Assembly (NCBI GenBank): GCA_964016885.1 | Contig: OZ024741.1 | Span: 395,994,001-396,058,000, forward strand | Source of the DNA: Eledone cirrhosa | Lineage: Eukaryota | Length of the DNA stretch: 64,000 nt | Direction of reading: 5' to 3' | Shown: piece after piece, positions 1-13,197 of the stretch | Layout of the letters: each line of letters opens with the position of its first letter | Numbering within the stretch: the stretch's first letter is position 1 | Program-made: the position numbers and the translations under genes | The notes under the pieces: generated by a model | What the model was told of the DNA's origin: nothing | Database searches by the model: none | What the model saw: only the letters and a program-made list of their open reading frames with translations

Positions 1-73
1 GGGTCGATAAAATAAAGTACCAGTAATGCACTGGGTAATTGCTGGCCTTGTGCCTAAAGTAGAAACAATTATT
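1..73 (+). mobile_element. 3' part of SINE family A (GGGTCGATAAAATAAAGTACCAGT core)
   Basis: Near-identical to copies at 13505, 28392, 31712 and 49880; it abuts the 3' UTR of the RTE copy. Confidence 0.75.
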
Positions 74-2581
74 TCATTTATTTGGACTGGATGTTGGTGG
101 GATAGGGTAGGGGTAGTGGATTGGGGTGTATATTTGGTTAAGAGGTGCCTACTGACGGTAGGTTTCGCTTTGTACATAGGCAAGGCGGGTCTTTGTATTA
201 CTGCGTAGCGCCAAAGATCTCGGTCCAGTGACATTGTCTTGGAGAGGTGTAAGTGTGTAAGGTCTGAATTTATCAGATTGTCCCAGGTTTTTCTGGGTCT
301 ACCTACTCCGTAACTACCACAATTTTGATCGCCCTGCACTTTTTTATACAGCTGTCATCTTTCATGCGCATCACGTGGCCATACCAACGTAGTCTTCTCT
401 CGAGTAAACAGCATCTGATCCGTCTTATTCCTAATTTCTTACTTAGTTCATTTATATTTTGCCATTCAGGTATATTACTATTACACATCCAACGGAGCAT
501 GCATGCTTCGTTCCTTTCCAGTCTACATAGGTCCTCTGCACGTAATGCCCATGTCTCACTGCCATGTAGCATTGCTGTTCGTATACAGGTATCATACAGT
601 TTGCCTTTCATTTTTAGAGAGAAACAGCGGTATAAGCTCTCTGAACTTTTTCCATCCCGTTCTGACTCTAGCTACTGTACTTTCAGAACACCCTCCACCA
701 CTGCTGATTTCGTCACCCAGGTAACGGAAAGTGTCTACTATTTCTATAGAACCATCTGGGCAATAGAAGGGGCTAGTATCCTGTGGACACTTGCTACTTA
801 TTGCACCTGACCATCGGCCACATATAAAGTCTACGTTCTTAGATAGTTTACCTGTGATCCCACTACATCTTTTATGTACCCATACTTTGCATTTGGGACA
901 CAAAATTGAATTTCTGCCTACTCCTTTCCTACACACTGAGCAAGGCCATTTCCATGAGGGTACCTGTGCCTTATTTTCCTTTCTACCAACTAGAACTTTA
1001 GTCTTAGACAAGTTAACTTTAAGGCCTTTTGATTCTAGGCCATGCTTCCATGTTTGGAATTTCTTCTCTAGTTCAGCCATTGATTCAGCTATGCGCGTTA
1101 GATCATCTGCATATAGAAGTTCCCATGGGCAGCCGGTCTTGAACTCCTCTGTTATAGCCTGAGGGCAATAATAAATAGGAGGGGGTTAAGGACAGAGCCT
1201 TGGTGAACACCAATTTTTACACTAAATTCTTAACAATATTCATTGTTAATTCTAACCTTACTGACTGTTTCATTATACATAGCTTGTATAGCTCTCACAA
1301 GCCATTCATCTACACCTAGTGTTTTAAGAGCCCACCAGATAATGGAGCGGGGGACACTGTCAAAGGCTTTTTCCAAGTCTACAAAAGCTAAGTAGAGGGG
1401 TTTACTTTTAGCTAGGTACTTCTCTTGTAGTTGTCATACAAGGAAACGAGCGTCTGTGGTACTTTTACCTGACACAAACCCAAACTGCATTTCATCTAGA
1501 TCAATTCGCTCTCTGATTAGTTGCGCTATAACTCTTTCTGTGACCTTCATGACCTGGTCAACTAACTTAATGCCTCTATAGTTTCCTCTATCTAGAGCAT
1601 CTCCTTTACCCTTGTAGCAGTTAATGATGATGTTGCTATGACCCCATTCTGTATTACTTGGTTAACTATACGGGTGACCATAGTATGTCCCACCATTCCA
1701 GATGCCTTCAACATCTCAGCAACTATCTCCGAAGGCCCAGCTGCCTTGCCTGTCTTCATATCTTTGATTGCCTTACTTATTATACTACCTTTAACTTGCA
1801 CCGCTGGTCCTTCTATTGGATCGATTTGGGGCAGACTATCTTTTTCCCACTTATTCTCCTCATTTAATAGTCTCTCGTAGTGACACTTCCAGGCTATCTT
1901 CCTATCAGCATCAGTGAGGGCAAGTACACCGTTATCATTATGGACACCTTTCCGACAATATCACGGTTTTCCTTGACACATTGTCTAGCAATCCTGAACA
2001 CCTCGCGTTTTTGGTCCTCACGTTGTAGAACATGCTTGAACTTTCTATCCTCTGCTACCCTTTTTGCAAGGTACACTTGTCTTCTAGCTTCTCTACTGGC
2101 CACTTGATAGTGCTCTCTACTTCCCCCATCCTGCCATACTTTCCAAGCCGGCTTTTTGGCCTTGATTGTCTCTTCCACCTTACTGTTCCACCACCAAGTT
2201 ACTCTCCTCCTGCCAATAGGTCTGCTCCAGCCACAGATTTCATCCGTTGCTTTCAGCAGGTTCACTTTCAAGAATTGCCACTGTTCCTCTATATTGCACG
2301 TCTCTAATTGCTCTTCCTTATTGTCAAAGGCATCAAGTAATAAGCTTTTAAATTTGTCACTGGCTATGGGGTCCTTCAACTTCCATATTCTTCTCCTCAA
2401 GGTAGGCCTCCTCTGTCGTCGAGTACGTCTATTCCTGACTGCGAGGTCAACTACTAGGCTATGTTGGGAGGTGCATTCTTCACGGGGGAGGGATTTAGTG
2501 TTTACAACAGACACTTTGTCCTGTCTTCTAGTAAGGATATAATCTATCTGGCTGGCGTGTTCCCCTAATCTATAGGTGATC
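74..2581 (-). mobile_element. 5'-truncated, decayed RTE-type LINE (APE C-terminus, RT, PHD insert)
   Basis: Broken ORFs with QIDYIL, DLEKAFD, QGSVL.P, YADDL, FRYLG and RRLRWYGHVMR; homologous to 38794-41893. Confidence 0.92.
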
Positions 2582-2756
2582 TATATATATGTTTCCTGGG
2601 TTCAGTCGGGGGTAACCACAGTAAGGTACTCAATACATATGATTTCCTTCGAATGAAACAGTTCTAGTCCTGTAGAAGCCATTTCTATATTGAATATATA
2701 TGTGTGTGTATGTATGTGTTCTATTGTGTTCCAGCCGAGGGGTACTGCCACCGTAT

Positions 2757-3420
2757 GATAACACGACAAAAAGCGCCCAGTCCTCACTGTAAAGTGGTCG
2801 TGTGGTGTCACAATAAAAAGCGCCCAGTACTCACTGTAAAATGGTCGTGTAGGTGTCACAATAAAAAGCACCCAGTACTCACTGTAAAGTGGTCGTGTAG
2901 GTGTCACAATAAAAAGCACCCAGTACTCACTGTAAAGTGGTCGTGTAGGTGTCACAATAAAAAGCACCCAGTACTCACTGTAAAGTGGTCGTGTAGGTGT
3001 CACAATAAAAAGCACCCAGTACTCACTGTAAAGTGGTCATGTAGGTGTCAATAAAAAGCGCCCAGTCCTCACTGTAAAGTGGTTGTGTAGATGTCACAAT
3101 AAAAAGCGCCCAGAACTCACTGTAAAGTGGTCGTGTAGATGTCACAATAAAAAGCGCCCAGAACTCACTGTAAAGTGGTCGTGTAGATGTCACAATAAAA
3201 AGCACCCAGTACTCACTGTAAAATGGTCGTACGGTGTCACAACAAAAAGTACCCAGTACTCACTGTAAAGTGATCGTGTAGGTGTCACAATAAAAAGCGC
3301 CCAGTCCACACTAAATGTGGTTGACATTAGAAACCAAGCCAGAAGCAGTTCTGTATGAGAAAGACGTGGTCATCTGATCTGACTTGTCTCACAACTCATG
3401 CTAATGTGGAAATTGTGTAA
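2757..3420 (+). repeat. 48-bp minisatellite (~11 units) inside an RTE 3'-UTR-derived fragment
   Basis: Unit TCACAATAAAAAGCACCCAGTACTCACTGTAAAGTGGTCGTGTAGGTG matches the RTE 3' UTR at 23468-23560 and is followed by a decayed RTE terminus. Confidence 0.9.
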
Positions 3421-3447
3421 AAATATATTTTATATTTCCTGCATAAT

Positions 3448-3747
3448 TTAACCTTTTAGCATTTACATTACTCTATATTTACTAATATATTTTCATGGTA
3501 AAGGCTTGACTTCACATAATTATTTCATATCTCACATAGCATTTACATTACCATTGAAGTTTCACAGTAAAGGCTTAATCTCACATAATTATCACCGTTT
3601 AACATCTATTTTTCCACGCTATCTCACATATCGAATCTATGAGATTTTGATAACAATACCTTAACATCAGTATGAGCAGTTGGTTTGAACAGGAAGAGGT
3701 GAGAGAATTCTGGCCAGATATGGTTGGTTTCAATGTTAAAGGGTTAA
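3448..3747. mobile_element. piggyBac-like MITE
   Basis: TTAA|CCTTTTAGCATT ... AATGTTAAAGGG|TTAA; internal sequence shared with seven other copies. Confidence 0.8.
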
Positions 3748-3906
3748 ATATGTGGCATTTTTTATAAAACAATGTTCAAATTTATTTTAGTATTTTTAAT
3801 ACATCCTGTTTCGGTATTCATACATTCCACTGACACGCATATACATATAAAAATACCAGTGTAAACACAGACAGGCACGCATGTACACACATTTTGTCTA
3901 TGACTA

Positions 3907-4126
3907 TCATGAAAACAAAGTCCACATGGCAATGAAGACATTTGCCAATAATATTATAGTTCCATATATCATTACTACAGAATAAATGATGTTCCGAACT
4001 TCAACGTTAGGAATGATAGATCGGAGACAAAGTTCAATACAAGCTCGACATATCCATTGTCCATCGAGAGCATAGCAAGGAATCACATTGATGATGACTA
4101 GAGCACCAGATAAAGAGATCAAGTAT
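3907..4126 (-). CDS. MBTPS2: MBTPS2 exon 9 (YLISLSGAL..NVIPCYALDGQWI..stop)
   Basis: NxxPxxxLDG third zinc-ligand motif; TGA TAG double stop. Confidence 0.96.
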
Positions 4127-5598
4127 CTGGGGAAAAAGAACAAGTTAAGGAAGCAAAAACATTTATCAAAATTGGTTAACCCATTTTAACCCTTTAGTTA
4201 CCAACTCTGGTTCTATGAAATAAAATCACCCATTTTAACCCTTTAGTTACCAAATGGCCAAAACCAGCTCTGGTCCTATGAAATAAAATCATTCATTTTA
4301 ACCCTTTAGTTACCAACCTGGCCCTGGTTCTATGAAATAAAACCACCCATTTTAAAGGGTTCCTATTTAAATTAAAATCTACCAACATAATTTTATATAA
4401 GAACATTACATCAAGTTACTATCTTAGTAAATCCCTCAAAATACTTCATTAATTAATTGAAATAATAATGTATTTCATTAGAAAAGTGGTCATGAAAAGA
4501 TTAAACATACAAAAAAGGAGAACAGCATTAGAAAGGACTATAAATGCTGTGTGAAGAGAGGGAGAGGGCGATAGACTACACCTAGGTCAAAATAAAACTG
4601 CTTTTATGCACCTATTCTAGATATAGGATAAACAATAGCAGTAAAGATTACATTATTATATACTACAACATAAACCACAATAACTGCACTAAACGATGTT
4701 TAAGGCATCAAGAGATGAGGGGACCCCAAGCTAAATAACCATCTTTGAGGGCACCAAGGAAAATAAACATGTTTACGGTTCTCAAGGGAAGAGGGGACAC
4801 CATTTTATTCAAATTAAATGCATTTCTCATTCCATAAAATATTTATTTTTTAGACTTTATATATGGTGAAGAAGAGGAGGTGGGCGTCACCATAAGTTTT
4901 TAAGTGGTGAGAGCCTCAGATGGTCTTACTCTGACCCTGACTGTTACAACTGGAGTCATGACTTAGTCTGACCTTGACTGTTACAACAACTGGAATTATG
5001 ACTTAGTCTGACCTTGACTGTTACAACAACTGGAATTATGACTTAGTCTGACCCTGACTGTTACAACTGGAGTCATGACTTAGTCTGACCTTGACTGTTA
5101 CAACTGGAATTATGACTTAGTCTGACCTTGACTGTTACAACAACTGGAATTATGACTTAGTCTGACCTTGACTGCTACAACGAGTCATGACTTAGTCTGA
5201 CCTTGACTGCTACAACAACTAGAGTCATGACTTAGTCTGACCTTTACTACAACAACTGGAATTATGACTGAGTCTGACCTTGACTGCTACAACAACTGGA
5301 ATCCTGACTGCTGCAACAACTAGAATCGGTCAAAGTTCTTTTAATATTGTTACTTATTTGATAAAGGATACTTGCAAAATGTTTCAATAATGTATGGTAA
5401 ACTGATGGATATCATAGAATTGTTTGGAACATAATTACTGACAGCAACTGCAGAAAATACAAAGATGGAAAACATTTTATTTAGTAGAAAAACTTATGTT
5501 CAATATAGAAAATCATCATCTTACTTTTTACATCTATTTTTCCATGTTATATATTTATATTCCCTTCATAAAAGTATGTATTTCAATTTGAATTTAAA

Positions 5599-5640
<42 letters not shown>

Positions 5641-8600
5641 AAATTCTAGTTTGTTTCTCAAATGATATATCCAGGTATATATCATCATCATCGTTTAACG
5701 TCTATCTTCCACGCTAGCATGGGTTAGACGGGAATTGTCCCACTTAAGGCAAGATTGATCGGGTAACCATGTCTCGCTTATATAGGACTATGGCTGATGC
5801 CCTTTCAGAAACCAGCCAAAATACAGTTCTGGCTAACTGGCCAGACTTGTCTTATAACATGGACAACCTGTTTAACCTATGCAAGAATGGAAAAATAGAC
5901 GGTAAACAGTGATATATATATATATATAAATAATTCAATATTACAATGACATAATATGGAGAAACATGTTCATTGAAGTAAAGACAAGGGCTCCATAGGC
6001 CGTAGGCTACCCATCTAGAAGAGCTGACACTCCAATGAAGTCTGGTAAGACAACCTCTCTAGTGCTGGTGGCACGAACAATGCTCCCAGTTCAGGCTGTA
6101 AAGTGGTTGGTGATAGGAAGGGCATCCAGCCAAAATATATCCAAGAATAGCCCTGTATATACAAACTTCATGAGAAAATATACAATTTTGGTTTTTCCAA
6201 AGTATACACTTTAAGTAGGACAAAAATATAAATAATTAAAAGAAATCTAAACTATAATAAAGTAAGGAGTGCAGGACTGCGTACGGTTTATTTTTTATCC
6301 CATTAGTAAAAGAAGTTAGATTACTTGGAATAAATAATGAATCAATATTACATAATTTATCTACTAAATTTCGTTATTCTTGATTAACGAAATAATATTG
6401 TTGCTTATTTTTAGATTCACTTCTTTAAAATGTCAACACTTCCGTCACTAATTTTCTCCTATTGCAGTTTATATATAATATCGTCTTTTGCTAATGTATC
6501 ATGGATTACGTTACTGATTACATAAGACAGTGTAACACAGTCTTCGTTCAATTTCTGTGTATATTGTCAAATACGATGTTATTTGATGTATCGTATCTAC
6601 ATGTATATATACTTGCGTATAATATCAATATACACAATACACATGCTAGCAGAAAACAACCTCTGCTATTAGCGTCTCTGATAAAAGGGTTGAAGAAGAA
6701 ATAGTAATATTTACCTGAATAATGAAGATCTAGGGGGTCACCAAGAAAAAGCAAAGGTGGTTTGCGACCATGAAAGATTCGAAGGAGTCGAGTTTTATTA
6801 TCTAAAGCTGGGTACACACAAGTTGTCTCAACCTTGGGTGTGTAACAGTCACTTCGGAATTTACAGCTTGGTCGATCTGTGGTGGTTCTAGCAGGTAGAC
6901 AGGCAAACTTCTACAAGAGAAGAGAATATATATATACATAGATATATTTCTTTATTTACCATAAAGGCATAAAAAGAAGGGACAAATACAAAGGGGGAGT
7001 TTACATAAAACCGAGTAAAAAGGGTATAAAATGAAAATAATCGTAAACAACCTCAAAAGGGAGGGAACGTGATGGGGGTTGCACACACCCCCGAAAAAGT
7101 GTGCAATCCTTTGCCCGGGGAGCACATGGAGAAGGTGCTCTCCTCTCCTTCACTTCTTTACCTACAGGATGGTATACAGAGAAGGCCCATTTACACGAGC
7201 CATTCTTGCCACTATCACCCACCTTTCATATAACTGCCTGTGGCCAAGCACCTCTCTCTCCATTCTTATCCTTCTTCCGAAGTAATATCGGAAGAAGTAG
7301 ACCAGACTATGGCCAGAGAGGAAGTTGCCTGACCTCAGACCTTTCAATCGTGTCCACCAAACAACCTCTTTCAACATGGCTATTACGCACAGAAAAACCG
7401 CCTTTGCTTCCTTTGTGAAGAGGGGAGGCGGCTTGATTGTCATCACGGACTCGGCGGTCAATCGAATCGGCGCCACCCGCGACAGCAGTCATTCGGCGTA
7501 GCCCCACAGATCAGCTACGCCCGGACATTGCACCAATGCGTGCGCAATGGTTTCTTCGTGACGCACGCATCTAGGGCAAATCTTTTTCGAGGGATCCCTG
7601 CCCGGGCGCCCGTGTCTGTAGAGCTTTTCTCGACGGGTAGAGCCCCCCCGGTAGCACTGCCAGGCGAGTGACTTCTGGAAGTTGTCCATTGGTCCCGGGC
7701 CGAACAGGCTGGCCAGCTCATCCTCTTCCATGTACAGCGACTCTCCAAGGGTGTCATCGCCCCTGCTAGCCACCAGCCCTCTATAGAATGACGAGGTGGA
7801 TTCTCCACCGATGGCCGGGTCCGCTTGCCAGAGAGCCCTGAGCGCTTGGGCACACTCGGTGTGCCAGTCTCCCAGTTTTCCGGATCTTTGCTTGACCCAG
7901 GACTGCAGCTCGGTGAGCGAGACGAGTCTCGGAAAGGCTCGTTTCACGAACGGAGCCCACACCGGTTGACCAGTGAGGAATACCTGTAGGTGCCGTAGCC
8001 TTAATGCGTGCCTACGCATCATCAACCACGGCATCCCCAGCCCTCCTTTCGAAGGTTGTTGGCAGCAGAGGGATCTTCTCACCATAGGAGGGCGCTTCTT
8101 CCAAAGAAATTGAAAGAGCATGCGTTCCATGGTGGTGAGTGTTTCCTTAGGGCAAGGCACGACAGTCAAGCGGTAGTAAGTGACGGACGCTATGTAAATG
8201 TTCGCCACCTCCACCCGACCTTTTAGGGACAGCTTACACTTGGCCCATTTCTAGGTTAGTGCAAACACCTTGTTCGTAACCTCACCCCAGTTCTTTTCCA
8301 CCTGGAGGTCTGGTCCAAACCAGACCCCAAGCAACTTCACCGGGCCCTCCGTCCAGTGTCCGACGACACCGTCGGGAGGCATCGGTCTGCCTCTCCACGT
8401 TCCGAGTTGCAGCCCGATGGATTTTTCCCGGTTCAGTTTCGCTCCTGACAACCTTTCGTATTCCTCCAGTAAGGTACCGATCGCCTCGATCTCCGAGTTG
8501 GTCGATACCATTACTGTTACGTCATCGGCGTAGGCCGACACCGCTTTGCTCAATCCTGGTTCCAGGGGGATACCCTGCAACAACTCCAACTTCCTCAGTA

Positions 8601-11600
8601 AAGGCTCGAGAATCAATACGTACAGAAGGGAGGAGAGAGGGCACCCCTGTCGAATGGATCGTGTGATTTCGAACGGCTTCAAAAGGTAACCGTTCACCTT
8701 GATCCTAGAACAGATGTGGTTTCTATGTAAGGCAGTGATCCAGCCTCTGAAAACAGGACCGAACCCAGCCGCCGCTAGCACCGCATCCAAGTAACCATGG
8801 TCGACCCTATCGAACGCCTTAGACTGATCCAAGTTGATCAGGGCCCCACCGAAGCCAGGTTTGTTGCCAACCCTCTCTATGATGTATCGCATGAGGTGGA
8901 GGTTGTCGTGAATGGACCTGGATGGGATAGCACATGTCTGCGCATCTCCCACCAGGCCACCCACGACAAGCGCCAACCTCTTTGCTAACACCTTGGCCAA
9001 AATCTTTAACTCTGTGTTTAGCAGGGTTATGGGCTGAAAATTATTTATACTATACCCCTTGTTCTCGTCCTTCCTCACCAGCGAGACTACGCCCTTGGCT
9101 ACAGAACAAGGAATTCTCCCGTTCTGCTGCCAATTGCAGTAGACTGCTTCGAGGAGTTCGGAGAAGACCGGCATTGCTAAATAAAGTTTGTAAGGTATAC
9201 CATCGAGACCTGGAGATTTGCGTCTGCTGCATTGGCTCAGTGCATCCCCGATCTCATCAGCCGAGATTGGTCCCTCGCAGGACTCTGCCTCTTTGCTCGA
9301 GAGACGCGGCAGGCCGTCGAGGTATGGACCGAAATCCACATCCCCGCCCGGACCCTCGCCTCCCCCGAACAATCGGGGAAAGTGAAAGGCCTCGCACATC
9401 TGCTTAGGCTCCCGGATCACCCGTCCATCCTCGTCTTGCAAAGACCGGATGGTGGATCGATTTCCACTCTTAGCTACTGTCACACGGGCCCAGCCAACGG
9501 CTTTGGCCCCATCATTACCTAGATCACGTATTTTACTTCGAATGACGCAGCCTTCGTGCTTTGCATCGAAAAACTGGCTCAAGGCCGTCCTCGATGCCAG
9601 CACTCTGGCCACATCTTCGCTCTTGATTGCCTCTTCTAATTTACCTGTTAATTCTTTCTCGTTTCTATTCCTATCGGCAGCTAACATCTTGCTATAACTT
9701 ATTGATTCTGTTCTAATCTCTCTTTTGAGAGATGCCCACCATCGGTTGTTGACGATTGCACCCGTCAACCTCTCCTTAACTAATCTGCTCATCCGGTTTC
9801 TGTAAGTCTCTTTTGCCGGTAAAGACAAATTAAGTTTCCAGTAACCGGGACCCTGTCTATGTGTTTTCTTGAGATTGACTACGCAGGTCACTAATTTGTG
9901 ATCTGTATAGCCAACCGTTAGCATTTCTGGACAGCTTAATATGTCCCTATCCTTACTTCTAACTAAGAATCTATCTAAGTACGATCTAGATTGACCACTG
10001 TGGTTCGTCCAAGTCCAGGTTGGCACAGTTGGAAAATCTAGTCGATATCTATCGACCAAGTTAAAACGGTCGAGTAACCCCTTGAGGCTGTTACACCCCC
10101 CTCTATTAGGACATGCTCCTGCATAGTCCCAACATGCATCTAGGATGTCATTCCAATCCCCCGCTAGAAGCAGGGAACGCGACGTTCCCAGAAAAGTCTC
10201 CAGACGCTGGAAGAAGTCGGGTCGTTCAGCTCCGAAAGGGGAGTAGACGGCGACCAGTCTCAAGGCCGTACCTTCACTACTGCCAACGTCTAGCACCAAC
10301 AAACGACCTTCCGGGTCCGAGTGAACAACCTGTACGGCGAGACCCGGGTGTTTTTCCAGCAGTACGACAACCCCACCCTCACCTCCAGGTTGACAGAGAG
10401 ATGCATGCACCTCAAAGTCATCGAATGTAGGGGCCAGCTGCCGCACGACGCTGATTTGAGTCTCACAGATAACCATTACATTTATACCACGTGACCTGAG
10501 GTCATTTAGAAGCTTTGCTTGCTTCCAAGTTGAGCCCAGGCCACGTGCATTCAAACATCCTACTCTTAACACATCCATGTGGGCAGCAAAGCCAAAGGAG
10601 AGTGTAGAGACCTACCTTTCTGCTTCCCGGGGTTCGGGTCGCACAACTTCCATGGGGTCGGGGGTGTTGGGTGAAGGGGTGTCTTGTGGTGGTGTGGGGT
10701 CGTCAGTGTGTGGTGGGGTTGGGGTGTTTGGAGTTGTGTTGGGAAGGGGAAGGGGAGGGGGAAAGCTTTTTAGTAGGACGCGGTTTATGGGTTTGACAGA
10801 GGGTGGTCCTACGTCCTCCTTAAAATCGTTTTTTAGTTTTTGGTAGAGGTTCATTGGGATCTTTATTAATTTTAAATGTGGGTAGTTTTCTGAAGAAACA
10901 AAGTTTACCCCTTCGGTTTGTACTGAAGGGTTATTGTTTATGAGTTCATTTAATTTATTATTGTTTCTGTTGATGTAAGTATAGTGTAATGTCTTTTTTT
11001 CGGATGGTGTGAGTGTTTCGAAGAGGGGAGGGGCAGGTTTGGTTTTGTTTGTTGCTGGAGGGGTGTTTTGTGTTTTGTTGGATTGTGTTGACATTTGGGT
11101 AGGAGTTGTTTGGCCTTGTGTATTTTGCACATGTTTTCTTTTTTTCCTTTTAATCTGTCTGAAGGACTCCGTTTCTTCCTCCGAATTCGTTGGGTTATCT
11201 TCAGTGTTGGAGGGAAGAGGTATGTTTGCTGGTAATGTTTCCGTGTTGGTTTTCTTTGTGGGGGAGGTGGATGTCACTATGTTAGACTGTGTTGTGTGTT
11301 GTGGCTGCGGTGGTTGTGTTGTTTTATTGAGTGAGGGGTTGGGTGGGACTGTGTTTTGTTTTTGGGTAATGTGTTGTGTTGTGGTGGTGGTGTAGTTTTA
11401 CTGAGGGACGGGTTTGGTGGGACTGAGTTTTGTTGTTTGTTTATCTGTTGTGGTGGTGGTGGAGCTGGTGTTGGTAGCAGGATTTTCTTGTTGAGTTGGG
11501 GACAAGCCGCCTTCAGGTGCCCTCTGCCTGCACAGATATGACAGGACGGCCTTCTCCCCTCCACGCTAATGTTTATATACCCGTGGCCCTCTAATAGGAT

Positions 11601-13165
11601 TCTGTCGGGTATATGGGCAATACGTTCAGGCTTCATTTGCACTACAAGTTCTATACCTGTTCCACTGAACGCATTGCCTGTGGTTTTCCCAATGGCAATC
11701 ACATTGTCATTCACTGGATCGATGAAGCCAGCTATGAGCCAGCAGTAGTCCATATCTGGCATCATCGCATCCAGCCATATGCGCTGAGTTCTTTTACCCA
11801 TATAAGATGGATAAAAGGTAAAATTTGTCGAACGAATTGGCGACAAAGCATATTTTTTTGCCACTGATTCGTTCTTCATAATAATCGCTAGGCTTCCATA
11901 CAGTCTGTCTCTTCTTATGAAAGTGGTTTCATTAAGTACTTCTGTAAGTACTGCTTTAATTTCTGCTTGTGTTGGTTGTTGAGGTTTTTTAGAGATGTTG
12001 TTGATGGTGCGGAAAACGACCGTCCGACTTTCAATATCTTTGGTGAGTTCTTGAGGCATTTTTACCGATAAGGTACCATTTTCCCCTTGAGTTATGTATT
12101 GTTTGGCGTCTGTAATTCTTTGTGCCACATCTGAAATATTTTCAGGTATATATGTTAAAGATTTCTTTGTTGTTTGTGCAAATGAAATATTATTGGTGTT
12201 GACTTTGTCGTCTGCTTTGCTTTCTGTTATGATGTTGTTTTCAAATGTTATTTTTGTGTTTGTTGTGTCTTTGTTTGTGGTATTAATATTGTCATGCAAT
12301 TTTTTCAAATTTTTGTTGTTGTTGGAATCAATTTCCAGATTTGTGTTTTCGTCATTTTTCTCCGCACATTCGTCTGTTTTTATTTTATTTTTTCTTTCCT
12401 TTTCTGTCCCCCCACCACTATTTTCGTTAGCTTCGTTTAACATTTCTGTCAGACGATTGAAATTTTATGCCACAAAATTTTTAAAAACAGGTTTTTCACC
12501 CCTGGGAGGGGCGAAGATGAGCTGACCCACCGCCTGACAGTTCAGACGGGGGGTCAAGCTACACAATAGTATCAAAATTAAAATTGAACTTACAAAATTT
12601 CCACAATAAATTGGAACAAAACTTCTGCGCGAAGTGAATTACGTCTACGCTGTAGAACAGACAACAGCTAGATTAGTATATATATACATAGATAGAGTGA
12701 TGATGATATATATAGGTGTGTATATATATATATATCTGTGGAGGTTCTATCTGGTAGACAAACTTCTACAAGACAACAGATATATATATATATATATATA
12801 GATGTGTATATATACCCAGCCCACACTGTAAAGTGGACGTGTAGGCGCCACGGAAAAAAGCACCCAGCACTCACTGTAAATGAGGTTGGTGTTAGGAAGG
12901 GCATCCAGCTGTAGAAATCAGTTCCTGTATGAGCAAGGCATGGTCAGCCGACCATACACTGCCCACAACAGGACAACCCGTCTAACCCATGCTAGCATGG
13001 AAGAACGGACGTATGATGATGATGATGATCTGTGGTGGTTCTATCTGGTAGACAAACTTCTACAAGACAATAGATAGATAGATATATATATATAGATGTG
13101 TATATATATATATATCTGTGGTGGTTCTATCTGGTAGACACACTTCTACAAGAGAAGAGAATATA

Positions 13166-13197
<32 letters not shown>

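Larger units (their letters stand above)
4127..5371 (-). other. U12-type (minor spliceosome) GT-AG intron of MBTPS2
   Basis: 5' site GTATCCTTT at 5371-5363 and branch point TTCCTTAAC at 4152-4144, close to the 3' CAG. Confidence 0.93.
6945..12676 (-). mobile_element. Near full-length L1/Tx1-type LINE, disabled
   Basis: ORF1 with CX2CX4HX4C knuckle; ORF2 with APE (GDWN, SYLD, TDH), RT (LDQSKAFD, QGCPLS, YADD) and C-terminal CX2C..H..C; AATAAA 3' end; 18-bp direct repeat TATATATATACATAGATA at 6927-6944 and 12677-12694. Confidence 0.93.

Noticed and set aside
2630-2675. Hammerhead-like ATATGA...GAAACAGTTCTA
   Set aside because: The CUGANGA core is missing and stem I is unsupported; at most a dead relic.
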